Positions 49,593 through 64,000 of a DNA stretch of 64,000 bases are shown here, one piece after another. The position numbers and the translations under genes are program-made. Within the stretch, counting starts at the first letter, position 1. Each line of letters begins with the position of its first letter. Below the pieces are notes generated by a model, which did no database searches, was not told the DNA's origin, and saw only the letters and a program-made list of their open reading frames with translations. The stretch lies in NCBI RefSeq assembly GCF_009914755.1, contig NC_060947.1. One strand, written 5' to 3'. The DNA comes from the human T2T-CHM13v2.0 reference genome, Homo sapiens.

Positions 49593-49960
49593 TTGCTATA
49601 GATCGAATGTTTGTATCCCCGTAAAATTCATGTCGAAATCCTTACCCTCAATAAGATGGTATCTGAGAGTGGGGCCTTTAGGAAGTATTTAGGTCATGAA
49701 GGGGAGCCCTCATGAAAAACATCTTTACCCTTACTAAAGAGGGCCCAGAAAGCTGCCTTGCCCATTCAATAATGTAAAGGCACAGTGAAAAGATGGACAT
49801 CTATGAAGCACGAAGTGGACCATCACTACACATTGAATCTGCCAATATCTTGATCAAAGACTTACAGTCTCCAGAATTGTAAGAAATAAATTTCTGTTGA
49901 ATGTAAGTCACCCAGTCTATGCTGTTTTTGTTATAGCAGCCCATCTGGACTAAGGCAAGA
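49593..49960 (+). mobile_element. MLT1A-like LTR
   Basis: TGCTATAGATCGAATGTTTG...TTGTTATAGCAGCCCATCTGGACTAAGGCA. Confidence 0.8.
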
Positions 49961-50323
49961 TTTTCCTTGTAAATATGAGTGTTATTTAGTCAAGTAGTCA
50001 TCAAGGTCCTATAAGCCTCTAAAATTCAGTGAGCTACTAAATCTTTCTTAACCTATAATCATGTCAATTCACCATTTTGATGGAACCTATATACTTGAGG
50101 CAGATAATTTTGTGCTACCCAGTCACAGTCAGTTTATTAGCAGTTGATAGTTAAGGTAGACTACCTCTGTGTGAATATACAACCTGTGTAATGTAACATT
50201 TAATAACCTTTCTGCTTTAGAAGATATTATGGTTTTTATAAATACACATGTGTGGCATAGGATATAAATAACCTAGTGAATGTAAATACGATACTAAGTT
50301 CTTTAACATAAAGTGGCATGTGA

Positions 50324-50716
<393 letters not shown>

Positions 50717-52285
50717 AGTATTCACATTTTGACATTTTATTTTCATCTGAGTAACAAGGAAAAAGTAATTTAATGCTTTAATTTACCTTTTTTAATAGAG
50801 CAGATTTCCAGTAACAATCATCAAGTTATACTTTTATAGAACAGTAAACACATTAAAAGAACTGTTGTTAAAATTCATGTGCTACATTTGCAAAAAAAAA
50901 AGTTTCTATTTCAGCTTTTTCAATTAATGTAGCATGGTCATTGTCAATTTTAAGTGTTTAATATGTTATTGAACATGTCATATGAAACAGTATAATTCAG
51001 AATTTTACCCATTGTAAAGTACCTTTGCTTCAAAACGAGGCATAGTGCAGAATCAAATAGTGGAAACAGTGAATAATAAAACATTAAATTTCTGGCTGAC
51101 ATTAATTTCACCTATTCCTTGAATAATCTATTTATTCAATCCACAAATACTTAAGAAATAAAGCAACAAAATATATTTTACATTAATAATATAGTCCATG
51201 AGAGAGGATAAAGGGAATGAAATGAATGCATAAAAGATATACTCTACCTTACTCTCATATTCCACTCTCAGAAAAATAATATAAATAAAATAAACCTAAA
51301 AGGCTGTAAAATAATTCCATGAAAAAATTGATTAGGTGATGAGCTTGTTTTATCTGAAGGCAGCATAGGAATAAAATAAAAAAAGTTCTCAAAGGACAAA
51401 TGGAAAATCTCTCACTGGACGTTTTTTTGGAGGCTTTGACTATTGGCCATCAAGACCACATTATCATATTTTGTGTATGCTTCACAACACACAATTAGGC
51501 AATTTTTAAGGCAATTTTTTAGGTCACCACAACTAGAAATCACATGAACTCTGCTCAGCAATAAGGTGTTCCCAGAACAGATTTTCAATGCACTACTGGA
51601 TTTCTCCATTCAGCTGGATGACCCTGAGGACTGACCACTGTTAGCCAGCAGGTTGTCCAGCTTTTTATTCCAGTCGCAATAAGGTGATAGTGTTAACCAT
51701 GAAAACTTGAGAGGCACCCCATCCTCCTTCCAATTACAGCCTGTACCACCTTGCTCGGGACCTCTGCTCCTAGTTAGCAAGGAGGGCTGCAACAGTTGTT
51801 ATTGCTTATTCTGAAAGAAATGTAGAACTTGACAGCAGCCGTCTGAGTTTGGGTCAGGAAGATGCTCTTAGGACCAAAGCAGACTTCTTTACACACAGCT
51901 CAGTTTCCAGGAAGTCGCCACAGATGTGCCCAATATCCCAGGTTCCTGTCACTCAATCAGCAGAAGCTACCATTATGCCTTTTGTTCCTACTGGCAGAGG
52001 GAGGAGTATATTTCATCACTATGATCAGTAATGACTTGTGGACCATCCTTGAAGAGCAAGAAATGCAATGTAGAGGCAAGTCTATAATAGAAAGATACAG
52101 TATAGCAGTACTCAACCATTTTATTTATGTGCTTCTCACATTTCTTATGACCCATGGAAAGAATGGTCCACTGACTCTCACAAACAATACTTAGCAAACT
52201 AATCAGATATCTCAACACTCTTGGTATTCATGAAAATGTCTGAGGACAAATATGCGTGAGAGTTTTAACTAGAGAAGTAACCATA

Positions 52286-53212
<927 letters not shown>

Positions 53213-53248
53213 CCATCTATTTTACTTTTTTAAAAAGGTAGATCTCTA

Positions 53249-55685
53249 CTGTCATACCACAAAGATATTATGGGTTTAGTTACAGACCCTGCAATAAAGT
53301 GAACAATGAAATTAAAAATTTCCAAAAATTTTTGTTTTCCCAGTGGATATGCAAGCTATGTTTGCACTATACTGTGCTCTATTAAGTGTGCAATAGCATT
53401 ATGTCTAAGAAAAAAATGTACATACATTAATTAAAAATACTTTATTGAGAAAAAATGCTAATGATTATCTCAGCCTTCAGGTGAGAATCTTTTTGCTGGT
53501 GGAAGATTTTCCCTCAGTGTTGATGGCTGCTGACTGACAAGGGTGGTGTTTGCTGAGGGCTGGGGTAGCTGTGGCAATTAATTAAAACAAGACAACCATG
53601 AAAGTTGCCACATTGATGGACTCTTCCTTTTGTAAAAGATTTCTCTGTAGCACCTGATGCTGTTCGATAGCATTTTACCCATAACAGAAATTCTTTCAAA
53701 AATTGGAATCAATCCTCTCAAACCTTGCCACTATTTTATAAATGAAATTTATAAAATATTCTAAATCTTTTTTGTGTGTGTGTGGTTTCAACAACATTCA
53801 CAGCATCTTCACCAGGAGTAGATTTCATCTTAAGAAACTGCTTTCTTTGCTCATCCATAAGAAGCAATCTTCATTTGTTCATATCTTCTCAAGACATTGT
53901 AGTAATTCAGCCACATCTTCAGGCTTCACTTCTCATTCTAATTCTCTTGCCATTTCCCGCACATCTGAAGTAACTTCCTCCACTAAAGTCTTCAACCCCT
54001 CCAGTCATCCATGAGAGCTGGAATCAACTTCTAAACCCTTCTTAATACTGATAATTTGACTTCTTCCCATGAATCAAAAGTGTTCTAAAGGGAATCTAGA
54101 ATGGTTAATTCTTTCCAGAAAGTTTTCCGTTTGCTTTGCCCAGATTCATCAGAAGATTCACTATCTATGGCAGCTAAAGCCTTATGGAATGTATTTTTTA
54201 AATAATAAGAATTGAAAGTCAAAATTACTCCCTGATTCATGGGCTATGGAATGGATGATCTCCATCAGAGTTCTTGGGTGACTAGGCACAATGTCAATAA
54301 GCAGTAATATTTTGAAAAGAATCTTTTTGTTTTGAGCAGTAGGTCTCAATAGTTAGCTTAAAACATTCCGTAAACCATGATGTAAACAGAAATGCTATCA
54401 TCCAGCTTTGGTTTTCTATTTATAGATCACAGGCAGAGTAGAGTTATCATCATTATTGAAAGCCCTTGAATTTTCAGGATTATAAATGGGCATTGACTTC
54501 AACTTAAAATCACCAGCTTCTTTAGTTGCTAACAAGAGAGTTAGCCTGTCCTTTAAGCTTTGAAGCAGGGGATTGACTTTTCTCTAGCTGTGAAAGTCCT
54601 AGATGATATGTTCCTTCAATAGACGGCTGTTTGTCAACACTGAAAATATGCCGTTTAGTGTAGCCACCTCCATCAATTATCTAAGCTAGATCTTGTGGAT
54701 AATTTGCTGCAGCTTCTACATCAGCATTTTCTGCCTCACCTTGCACTTTTATGTTATGGAGATGGCTTCTTTCTATAAAGTTCCTGAACCTCTGCCAGGG
54801 TTCAACTTGTCTTCTGAAACATCCTCACCTTTTTCAGCCTTTATTAGAATTAAAGATAGTTAGGGCCTTGCTCTGGATTAGGCCTTGGTTTAAGAGAATG
54901 TTGTGGGTGGTTTTATCTTCTGTACAGACCATTCAAGCTTTCTCCATATTACAAATGAGACTGTTTCACTTTCTTACTATTTGTGTGTATATTGGAGTGG
55001 CACTTTTAATTTTGTTCAAGAACGTTTTCTTTGCATTCACACCTTGTCTGACTGGCACAAGAGGCCTAGTTTTGTCTTATCTTGGCTTTTGACATGGCTT
55101 CGTCACTAAGCTCAATAATTTCTAGCTTTTTATTTAAAGTGAGAGAGGTATGACTCCCTTTCATTTGAGCACCGAGAGGCCATTTTGGGGTTATTTAGTG
55201 ACCTAATTGCAATACTGTCATGTCTCAGGGAAGGAGGCCCAAGGAGAGAGAGAAAGAGATAAGAGAAGGGCTGGTCACTGGAGCAGTCAGAACTCACACA
55301 TTTATTGATTAAATTTGTCCTCTTATATGGGTACTGTTTTTGGTGTCTCAAAACAATTACTAGGTTGGCGCAGAAGTAATTGCCATTACTTTTAATTACT
55401 TTTAATGGCAAAAACCGCAATTACTTCTGTGCCAACCTAATACAATAATAACATCAAAGGTCACTGAACACAGATTATCATAGCAGATATAATATTAATG
55501 AAAAAGCTTGAGATATTGTGAGAATTGCCAAAATGTGATACCGAAACAAGAAGTGAGCACAGGCCGTTGGAAAAATGGTGCCACAGACTTCCTCAAAGTA
55601 GGGTTGCCCCAAACATTCAATTTGTAAAACATGCAGTATCTGCAAAGTGCAATAAAGTGAAGTGCAATAAAACAACGTGTGCCTG
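53249..55685 (-). mobile_element. Near full-length decayed Tigger1 DNA transposon
   Basis: ~2.4 kb between TA-flanked TIR remnants (CTGTCATACC.. / ..GTGTGCCTG); antisense transposase remnants. Confidence 0.9.
55360..55440. mobile_element. MADE1 mariner MITE nested in Tigger1
   Basis: TAGGTTGG.GCA.AAGTAATTGC...GCAATTACTT.TG..CCAACCTAA hairpin; TA TSD. Confidence 0.92.
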
Positions 55686-56369
55686 TATATAGACTGCTCA
55701 TAAAATCTAGAAATATCAACAATATATAGAATGCCACCAAGGGCACCTCAATGCAAATAATGATGAAATAATACCTTTTTTTCAGACTCTAAGGTTAGTC
55801 TGAAGATTGATATGGAATGCTTTTCTAAATGGATTATTAATTGGCAGACAAAGCAAATAGCAAAACAATATGTACTTTATTATTGCATTTACATAAGTCA
55901 AGTTCACATTTACATTCATACAAAATTAACTTACAATTAGGTTATATAATAGTGGGCATGATGGAGAGGATTGAAGAGAAGGCACAAGAGAATGCCATTT
56001 TGACGACATTGTTTGAAATGTTCACAGTGAGAACATAGTCATAGAGCACCAGTTTAGTATTTTGATTCTGATCACTAACAAAATTTTAATTCTGACCAGT
56101 AACAACATTTTTGCAAAATTCTTCAGAACTTCCCTATGCTCCAGGCTCTCCATCCAGAAAATAACGATTTCTGAGGTTCTGTCCTACTTTAGTATTTTAA
56201 TTGTTTATGGAGTGATCAGGAGTTAGGAGGCACACGTCAACCCAGCTGGCCCATGCTGTCTCTTAGAACTCTGCATTTGGTAATTATATAAAATGACACA
56301 ATGTTTTCAACAGGAGAAAACATTGCTAAGAAAACTCCTTAATAATATGTCCACACATGACACTTCCCT

Positions 56370-57630
56370 CTAGCAGAGGGATGAGGCCCCAGCACTACTG
56401 AGTTTCAAGACTTTCAAGATAAGACACAGAGTGAAAAATGAGGCTACCACCAACGTGGAGCATGGGGGTTTCACAGATAAGATCCCTGACCCTCCTCCAG
56501 TCCCAGGAGACCCCAGAATGATTGAGACTGAGTTGCCCCCTGACTTCTGCCTTGTGTTTGCAGGGAGGTGTGAGACTTGTTCTGAGGAGTGCTGGTTCAG
56601 GTCAGCAGAGGGAGGAGTCCCAGACTCTGCCAGGAGTTAAGGTAAGATTCTGAGTGAGAACTGAGGTGACCACCCATTTCAGAAGGGAAGGGGTTACTCA
56701 GAACTCTGTTGTGACCTCTGGGAGGGTGAGAGTTTGTGGGTAGTGTCTTTCCTTGACTTTTGCTTCACTAGTCTGACAATGGCGAATGCCTTTATCTGAG
56801 AGGGGAGGCCTTATTCAGCAGAGAGAGGAATCTCAGACACTTCCAAGAGTCAAGGTAAGATGCTGAGTGAGATCTGAGTGGACCTCTACCCCCAAATGAA
56901 GAAGGCCCCTCACAACTCTGTCGTTCTCCCTGCAGAAAGGAGGAATGGCCTTAAGTGGTTTTTCTTGTCTTTTGCTTGGAGAGTGAGAGAATGGTGAGTA
57001 CCATAGTCTAAGAAGTGTGACCTTCAGTCTGCAGAGGCAAGAATTTCAGCCCCTGCCAAACATCAAGGCAAGACACTGAGTGATGACTGGGGAACCACAC
57101 ACTCCAGAAGATCCAAAGAGCCCTGTCCCTGCTATCAGATCTGGTATCTGGTAGGGCATAGAATAGCTATCAGACTTTAGTGCTTTCTGGTTTTGTCTTT
57201 AGTAGTCTGAGGGTTGCCGTGTCAAGTCAGCAGAGGGAGGCATCCTAGCCCCTTTAAGGGGCAAAGTGATAACCCTGAGTGATGACCGAGAGAATCACAT
57301 ACCTCAGAACAGCAAAATCTGTACAGACAACTGCCACTTGCTGTCACCTCTGGGAGGCCCAAACAGGTATGGCCTAATGAGAAGCCCTCTCACTTCCTTC
57401 CTGTAGAATCTGTTGCCCCTCTGGCTTTCCTGGCTTAAAGGTTCTAGAAAAAGCTGTTGAGAGTCTGGGGTACTCCCTCAATTCCATCTACCTTAAATAT
57501 CTCAGGGAAATTAAGAGCTCTTTCTGAGGTGATAGCTCTTGGGTCAGTAGAGGTGGGAGTCCCAGATACTCCCTTGGGTCACAGTGAGGATTCTGAACAA
57601 GGACAGAGGGAACCACTGACTGCAAAACGA
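56370..57630 (+). promoter_or_regulatory. Repeated MAGE-type 5' promoter/non-coding first-exon modules (~6 copies)
   Basis: (TC)AGCAGAGGGAGG..CCCAG..CAAGGTAAGA..CTGAGTGA modules near 56372, 56602, 56815, 57024, 57227, 57543; AAG|GTAAGA donors at ~56641 and ~56854. Confidence 0.7.
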
Positions 57631-57854
57631 AGGGATTCCACAGAGCCTCATATGTCCTGTGGTCAGCTCTGGGAATCTTTGTGCTGAGTTGACCAGCGGC
57701 ACCCTGAAAAGCATCCTCATTTCCTCCTTTAGCTTCTTACAGGTCAGAACAGGAGACCTGTGAGGCTCTAGAGCACTGCCCTCAAGAAAAAAACTGCTGG
57801 AGGCAGCATTTATTGGAGCCACCAACCGTTGAGTTTACCAGATGAGGCCATTCA

Positions 57855-57940
57855 CATCTTCCCTCTATCCCCAAGTTGGGCTTCACTGTCATCTAGCTTC
57901 CTGCCCACATTCCTGCCTGCTACCACCTTCAAGAGTAACC
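57855..57940 (+). other. MAGE terminal-exon splice acceptor and 5' UTR
   Basis: Pyrimidine tract ...CCCTCTATCCCCAAG (AG 57874-75), then the conserved MAGE leader CCTGCCCACATTCCTGCCTGCT...AGAGTAACCATG. Confidence 0.7.
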
Positions 57941-58987
57941 ATGTCTCAGAGTCAGGAGAATCTGCATTGAACACGTGAACACCACCATGCCTGAAGTGAG
58001 ACCCAGGGCCTAGAGGTTGTGCAGGTATCCAAGATTATGGAGGAGACATTTCCCTCCTCCTCCCATTTTCTAATGCCTCGCAACCTGGAGGTGTTCTCTG
58101 CTGCTGAGACACCCTGTACACTCCAGGGTCTTCGAAATGCCTGTTCATCTTCCACTGTCAACACTGCCACTTCAACAAGCCAGTCAAATGAGAGCTCCAG
58201 CAGCCAAGAAGAGGAGGATAGTACAGCTTCTTTAGAGTCTTCACAAGACACTGAGAACCTGCCTATTGACCCTGTAGATGAGAAGTGACTGTGCTGATGC
58301 AGTTCCTTCTGCAAAAATATCAAACGAAAGAACTGATCACAAAGGCAGACATGCTGGATATTGTCATCAACGAGTACAAGGATGAATTTCTTGAGATCTT
58401 CAAGAGAGCTTCTGAGTGCATGGAGCTGGTCTTTGCTGTTGATGTGAAGGAGGTTGATCCCACCAGCCACAGTTACTCCCTTGTCAACAAACTGGGCCTC
58501 ACCTATGATGCAAGGCTCAGTGGTGATGAGGACATGCCTAAGATTGGCCTCCTGATTATCACCCCGAGTGTGATCTTCATGAAGGGCAACTGTGCCTCTG
58601 AGGAGGAGATCTGGGAAGTGCTGAATATGATGAACTTATATTCCAAGGGGAGATACTTAATCTTTGGTGAGCCAAGGAAGTCTATCACCAAAGATCTGGT
58701 GCAGGAAAAGTACCTGGAGTACTGCCAGGTGCCCAACAGTGATCCTCCATGCTATGAATTCCTGTGGGGTCCAAGAGCCCATTCTGAAATCAGCAAGATG
58801 AGATTGCTGGAGTTTTTTTTTTACCAGGATTCATGAGTCTGACCCCAAGTGCTTCCCATCTCAGTATCAGGAGGCTCTGAGAGATGAATCAGACAGAGCC
58901 CAAGCCACAGCTGCAGCTAGGGCTAGCCCTACTGCCATGGCCAAGGCAAGTTCCAGGACCAGGTTCAGCACCTTCTCCCACCCCTAG
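57941..58987 (+). pseudogene. Unprocessed MAGE family B (MAGEB16-like) pseudogene
   Basis: MSQSQENLH*TREHHHA*SETQGLEVVQVSK...; MAGE homology domain motifs [60 protein letters not shown]; stops at 57968 and 57992; 1-nt deletion at ~58285; frameshift in T10 (58813-58822); original tail ...FPSQYQEALRDE...FSHP* ends 58987. Confidence 0.93.
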
Positions 58988-59513
58988 TGTAGTCTGAAGC
59001 AGATTCTTTATTTTTTCTTTGAAGAGAGTCATCAGCCTTCTAAGTAGTGGAGGCTTGAGGTGGGGCTGTAGGGGAGATAGTATATAACATCTTCATATCC
59101 CTGTTCTAGATGGTGAACTTGGAGGCTTTTCTTTTGGAGGGGGGCAGTAGATTTCAAATGCTGTTACTTTTAATATGACATTTCATTAGCTTCAGAATCT
59201 ACATTTATGAATGACATTGTTCATATATTTATTACCATTTTTGAAGTTTAAGAATACAAGTTTTGCTGGTTTGTAAAATAAACTATGAAACAGATCATTT
59301 TATTTTTTTATTTGGAAAAAGATAATGCAGCATTATAATAGACATTTCCTTGCAACTGTGAACTCAGCAGCAAAGTAGTTGGGACAAAGAAAAAAAAACC
59401 TAAAAGATGGTCAATTCTTGTTTTTGCCTATCTCTTTTAGTTTTTCTGTGAAACTACATGATACATATATGCATTTGCTTAGCTTATTTAAGAATGTATA
59501 AGACATAAATCTT

Positions 59514-59519
59514 AATAAA
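59514..59519 (+). terminator. Polyadenylation signal of the MAGE pseudogene
   Basis: AATAAA ~530 bp after the stop, in the MAGE-like context ATAAATCTTAATAAAT. Confidence 0.6.
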
Positions 59520-62254
59520 TCAGACCCTGTGTACATTGGTTCATTTATTTCCCAAACATTAAGTGAACATGTCTTTTTTGTAAAGCACTTTACTGGGGAT
59601 GCTAAGAGAAGCAAGATGCACTACCTGCCCATAGAACTTTAGAGTGCAAGAGCAGCAGTCATATGAAGATGATGGTGAGTATCCTTTATTCAATACAAAA
59701 TAAAAATTAAAAAAGAGTCAGGAGGTGTGGCAGGGTAGGGGGATCTATATGAGAGCGCTAAAATTTAAATACCCTGAGTCAAGGCAGGCAGAGGCCTTTG
59801 GAAACTGCAAGTCTTTCATTGGGGGTAATTTTAAATTAACCGGGGTAGTACACTAGATGAGGCTGTGGGAGTGACGAGCAGGGGCCGGACCCTCAGTGTT
59901 GAGATAATTAAGCCTAGAATGGAAAACTGTTGTTAGCAGTAGTTACTTTGAGATTATGCATAAACCAGATAGCACCTGAAACAAGAATGGTAGGTGTCCT
60001 GTGTGTTTGTCCCAGTGCTGTTGAAGACAAGACAGTGCACAAATTAGATATTTTATGCACATCGTGTTCAAAGAGTTTACGCAAAATAAGGGTGATACTT
60101 TCTTGAGGTGAGATACGCAGAAGTCACTGGACTGGAAGTCTGCCAAGGGCTGGGAGATCCAGAGTCCACTCCATTCAAAAAACATTTTAAATAGGTTATG
60201 TTGAATATAATTTGGCAACTGTAAGCATGGCCTACATTTTTTTGTTTGAGAGAATGGATGAAATCAGAGATGGGTTGCTGGAAGGGCAACTGGAGGGAGG
60301 AAAGGGCTTGGTTTTTGACACAATTTCTAGGGGATTTCAAGTGCACTTATTTGGGAAATACTCCCCCAAAGCCAAATTAAATAATATATACTGTAATGGT
60401 GAAGATTTACTGAAGATTTCATGCTAGGTAAAGTTTTTGGCTGATTTGGTGTGCCATGTCCTAGAGTATTGAATATCTTCTGACATCTCCTGGATAAACA
60501 AATCCCAGATGAGAAAGTGGTTGTGTCTGTGGTCAAAAATAATCATAGTACTAACTGCCAGTCAGTGAAGACCCAATACATTCCAGATGCTTTGGCAGAT
60601 GCTTTACCTACAGTATGTGCATTCCAACAGTCTTATATACAAGCCAGGATTTATCAAGACTATCTAACAGAGGAAGATGGTAAGACACCGAGAGCTTGGT
60701 AGTATGTCCTATTTCACATGGTATGTGAAAGAGCTAGCACTGGACCTCTGGTCTGAATTTTTCTAAAGCCAGCACTGTTACACTCCTCCCAGCCTGAAGG
60801 TGACATTCTGTCTGTTAATTCATTCCTTTTCTCCTGACTCTATAATGCCTCTCAGAGGATAAAAAGAAGGACCACAAGGTACTACTAAGCCAAAGCACTA
60901 AAAGCAGGTGTAGAGAAAGAATGTGAAAATGAGAATCAAAAACAACTGGGAATTGTTTATAGGATTCACTTACCTAAAGTACTGCTGCTCCTAGCCCCAG
61001 AGTGTCTTGAGAACTGACTCTGCTCAGGAGCTGGCACAGGTTTGCAGTCCCACTACTTTTGCACATTACAGCACCCTTTCCCTAGATCTTACCCAGTATT
61101 CTTTCCTTTCCAAATCTGGAACCTGTCCTGCCGACCAGCTTTTTGCTGTGCGCTCGTGTAAAGGTTGTACCTGCTTCCAGTGGAACAGGCGGCCCAAAAT
61201 CACCTTCCTTCTTTCTAACATAACTACAATAACCAAAACTTCGTGCAGACATCTCCTGGTGTACCCTCACTCATGCAATCCCTCAGATGGCAACAGTCCC
61301 CTTCTATATGAAGTTTTCTTGAACAGTGATGTTTAGGCACATAGTCATCCCCATGGACATCATCACCACATTCTCAAAGCATTTTATAGTTGGGCTGGTT
61401 AGTAGAGTCAAATTTGGCAAAGAATATACTGGTTCTTGGGATGCAAATGTAAAGTTAGAGAAGTTTCTAAAACCATCTTGATATTTGCAGTAGGATTTTA
61501 ATGCAGTATTGCATTTGAGACTGGTCACTGAACATACACAACAATAAGTGAGCTTTTCTAGGTGGTCAAAATCCAAAGACTCCCCCTTAAGTGGTAGAAT
61601 AGGAAAGACCATAGAAAATACTGTATAAACAAAACTCTGTAAATCCTGAGTCTGAATTTTGGTAAACTCTGGAGTTCTTCTAGGGGGTAGAAGAAATGGA
61701 GATGTCAAGAATTGATTTTTTTGTCCTATATGTTAGCTTTAATTTTAAAAAAAGGAAAAAAAAACCTCACTATCCTTTTATTACCTCTTGTCTGTGTACT
61801 TTCCCCAGAAAAAAAATCCTGGTTTTCCATATGTCTAATGGCACCTGTACAGATGTTCAGGCAGGAGCATTAGGGTGATATGCAGCAGGGGCTTCCACGT
61901 TAAGAGTATGACCATGCAACAAATGCAAGGAGAAAATACTCAGTCTACTGATATTATAGAAGTTATTAGACAGGGAAGTGCAGGAAGGTACTATTGAATG
62001 AAGAAGGATGAACCCTTTCTTCAGAGATTTAAAGCATTCTTTTGAAAAATATATGTAATTCTCTATTTGAAAGCATCTGTCACATAATAAAATCTTAAGA
62101 AAGTTGGCAAAATGCAAGGCCAATTTGGCCTTCTCAGAAACCCCTCCAGGAAACAAAGAGGGTTGTTGTCCTAACAAAGTGTAATAATTGCTCTTTTTTG
62201 AGCACCTGCTATGTAACAGGTAATGAGAGATCCTGCAAGTGCTCATCCACATAC

Positions 62255-62630
62255 TGTCTTGATTTATTTCCTGGGCGCATGGAAAAACTACATTGCTTAG
62301 TTCACTTGTAGTTAGGAAGGGTCATGTGACTATCTTTGCCACTGATATATGAGCAGAAGCAATATTTGCCATTTATAGGCCAAGACATGTGAAATCCAGG
62401 TGGCTGCCTCTATTTTTTTACCAGTCAGTAGCAAATATGGAGAACTCATGTCGAGATATGGAACTACTGATGGAAACAGCTTGGATTTGTGAGTCACCTG
62501 GTGGCAAAGACCCACTGCCAAATTACGTAAGATTTTATGTGAACAAACAAATAAACTTCTGTTGTGTTAAGCCATTCAGATTTCAGGTTTTTGTTTTGCA
62601 TCAGCTAGCAGTTCCTTCATCTAATACTGA
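62255..62630 (+). mobile_element. Old MLT1 (H/J-like) LTR remnant
   Basis: ATAAACTTCTGTTGTGTTAAGCC..TTTCAGGTTTTTGTT..CTAATAC 3' signature. Confidence 0.6.
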
Positions 62631-62799
62631 CATACTGTTTATGTTGATAAGCTTATTTAAATCTTTTAACAGCAAAGCTAATAGTAATGCATATATTCTT
62701 GTTCCAAGTATTTCTTACAGCATACATAAATCAATTCCCTCCCTCTATAATGTTCCCTCAAAATTCAACTTTCTCCTCAGAGGGAATTACAATTAAAAA

Positions 62800-63480
62800 A
62801 CCTAGTATGTATAATTTTAAAAATAATGTTAAGCTTTTTAATATATAGATTTGCTATAAAATATATTGTAATGTTTTAACATAATGGGTAGTGATATACA
62901 TATTGTTCTTCCACTTGCCTTTGTCAGTTAACAAAGTGACCACAACATCATTCCGTGCCAGCATGTGTAAATCTATCTCACTATTTTATCTACTTTCTTG
63001 AAATTCTAAAGTAAGTTCCCAATATAATTTAACAATTCTCTTTCTGATGGACACATAAGTAGTTTCCCATTAGTTGATATAATTAATAGAACTGAAATAA
63101 ACATCTTCAAACATCAATATTTTGGCAAGTGTGAATAAGAAAAACATAGCAAAGCAGAAGCTGAGATAGAGCAAATTTATTTTTTAATATTGCCAAAATG
63201 TCATCCCACAAATATTCTACCAATTCATATTCTCACAAATTAATTTATGCAAATACTGTGCACTCTCACAGACATTATTTTTTCTTTTTCAATTTCATTT
63301 TATTTTAGATTCAGGAGGTACCTGTGTAGGTTTGTTACATGGATATATTGTGTAGTGATGGGATTTGGGCTTCTAGTGTACCCATCACCCAAATAGTGTA
63401 CACTGTACCCAGTAGGTAAATTTTTAATGCTCAGTCTCCTCCCAGACATTGTTTTCAATCCTTTAACCTTTAGTTAAACT
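62800..63480 (-). mobile_element. L1M 3' fragment with a younger L1 3' scrap (63280-63445)
   Basis: Antisense L1 3' UTR motifs (GGAGGTACCTGTGTAGGTTTGTTACATGG, GATGGACACATAAG). Confidence 0.65.
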
Positions 63481-64000
63481 TATATGTTGAAAGATAATGT
63501 CTTACAATTATGTTAATTTAATTTTAATATCATTATTTTAATTTGTTTAATGTTTTCTAATTAGACTTAGCAGAAAATTGCCTACTACTTCACACATGTA
63601 AAGCTGGATTTCTGCAGTAATATTCTGAATCACAAGATTCCTCAGGCCATTCTTTAAAATTCTAATGTCTCAGCCAAGGCCACAGGAGACAAAAAAAATT
63701 ATGATGCCTAAAAGATATTTCCCCTTTGTACTGGAAAGCAAGCATTTGTCAGTATGACTGAATGCCAGGGAAGGAGGCCACACATGACACTCTCAGCTAG
63801 TGAGGAGTATCAAGAAGAAAGGGGATAGAAGAATTTCCAGAGTCCATGAGAGAGACACCATGCACAACCAAGTCCAGAGAGGTCTGGGCAGGCTAGTAGT
63901 CAGGGTTCTGAATCAAGAATTCAGCCTTGTGTGGAGGAGCTATAAAGAGACAAAGTGGAGGATCTGGGTGGTGCATCCAGGACAACATATATGAATAGCC

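Noticed and set aside
57952-58470. 172-aa minus-strand ORF
   Set aside because: Antisense shadow of the MAGE coding frame.
61304-62796. 131-135 aa ORFs downstream of MAGE
   Set aside because: No recognisable domain; one lies within an MLT1 LTR; lengths are compatible with chance.

Overview
Primate (very probably human) AT-rich, repeat-dense genomic DNA: AluY/S/J, L1, L2, MIR, MaLR/ERV1/ERVL LTRs, Tigger and MADE1. The only gene-like feature is an unprocessed MAGE-B16-like pseudogene (+ strand, 57941-58987) with two early stops and two frameshifts. It keeps its upstream repeated 5' exon modules, terminal-exon acceptor and poly(A) signal. Its family suggests the X chromosome, likely Xp21 (inference). 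No intact protein-coding gene, RNA gene or CRISPR array is supported. Three unexplained structures stand out. First, a highly diverged ~60-bp-period array of about 17 units at 24750-25780, with a conserved ~25-bp core and pyrimidine-rich variable linkers. Second, two separate cases of nearby sequence copied into a MaLR LTR, one of them stitched from two templates in opposite orientations. Third, a fold-back palindromic expansion inside an old L1. Repeat subfamily names come from my recollection of consensus sequences, identities were counted by eye, and some boundaries are approximate.
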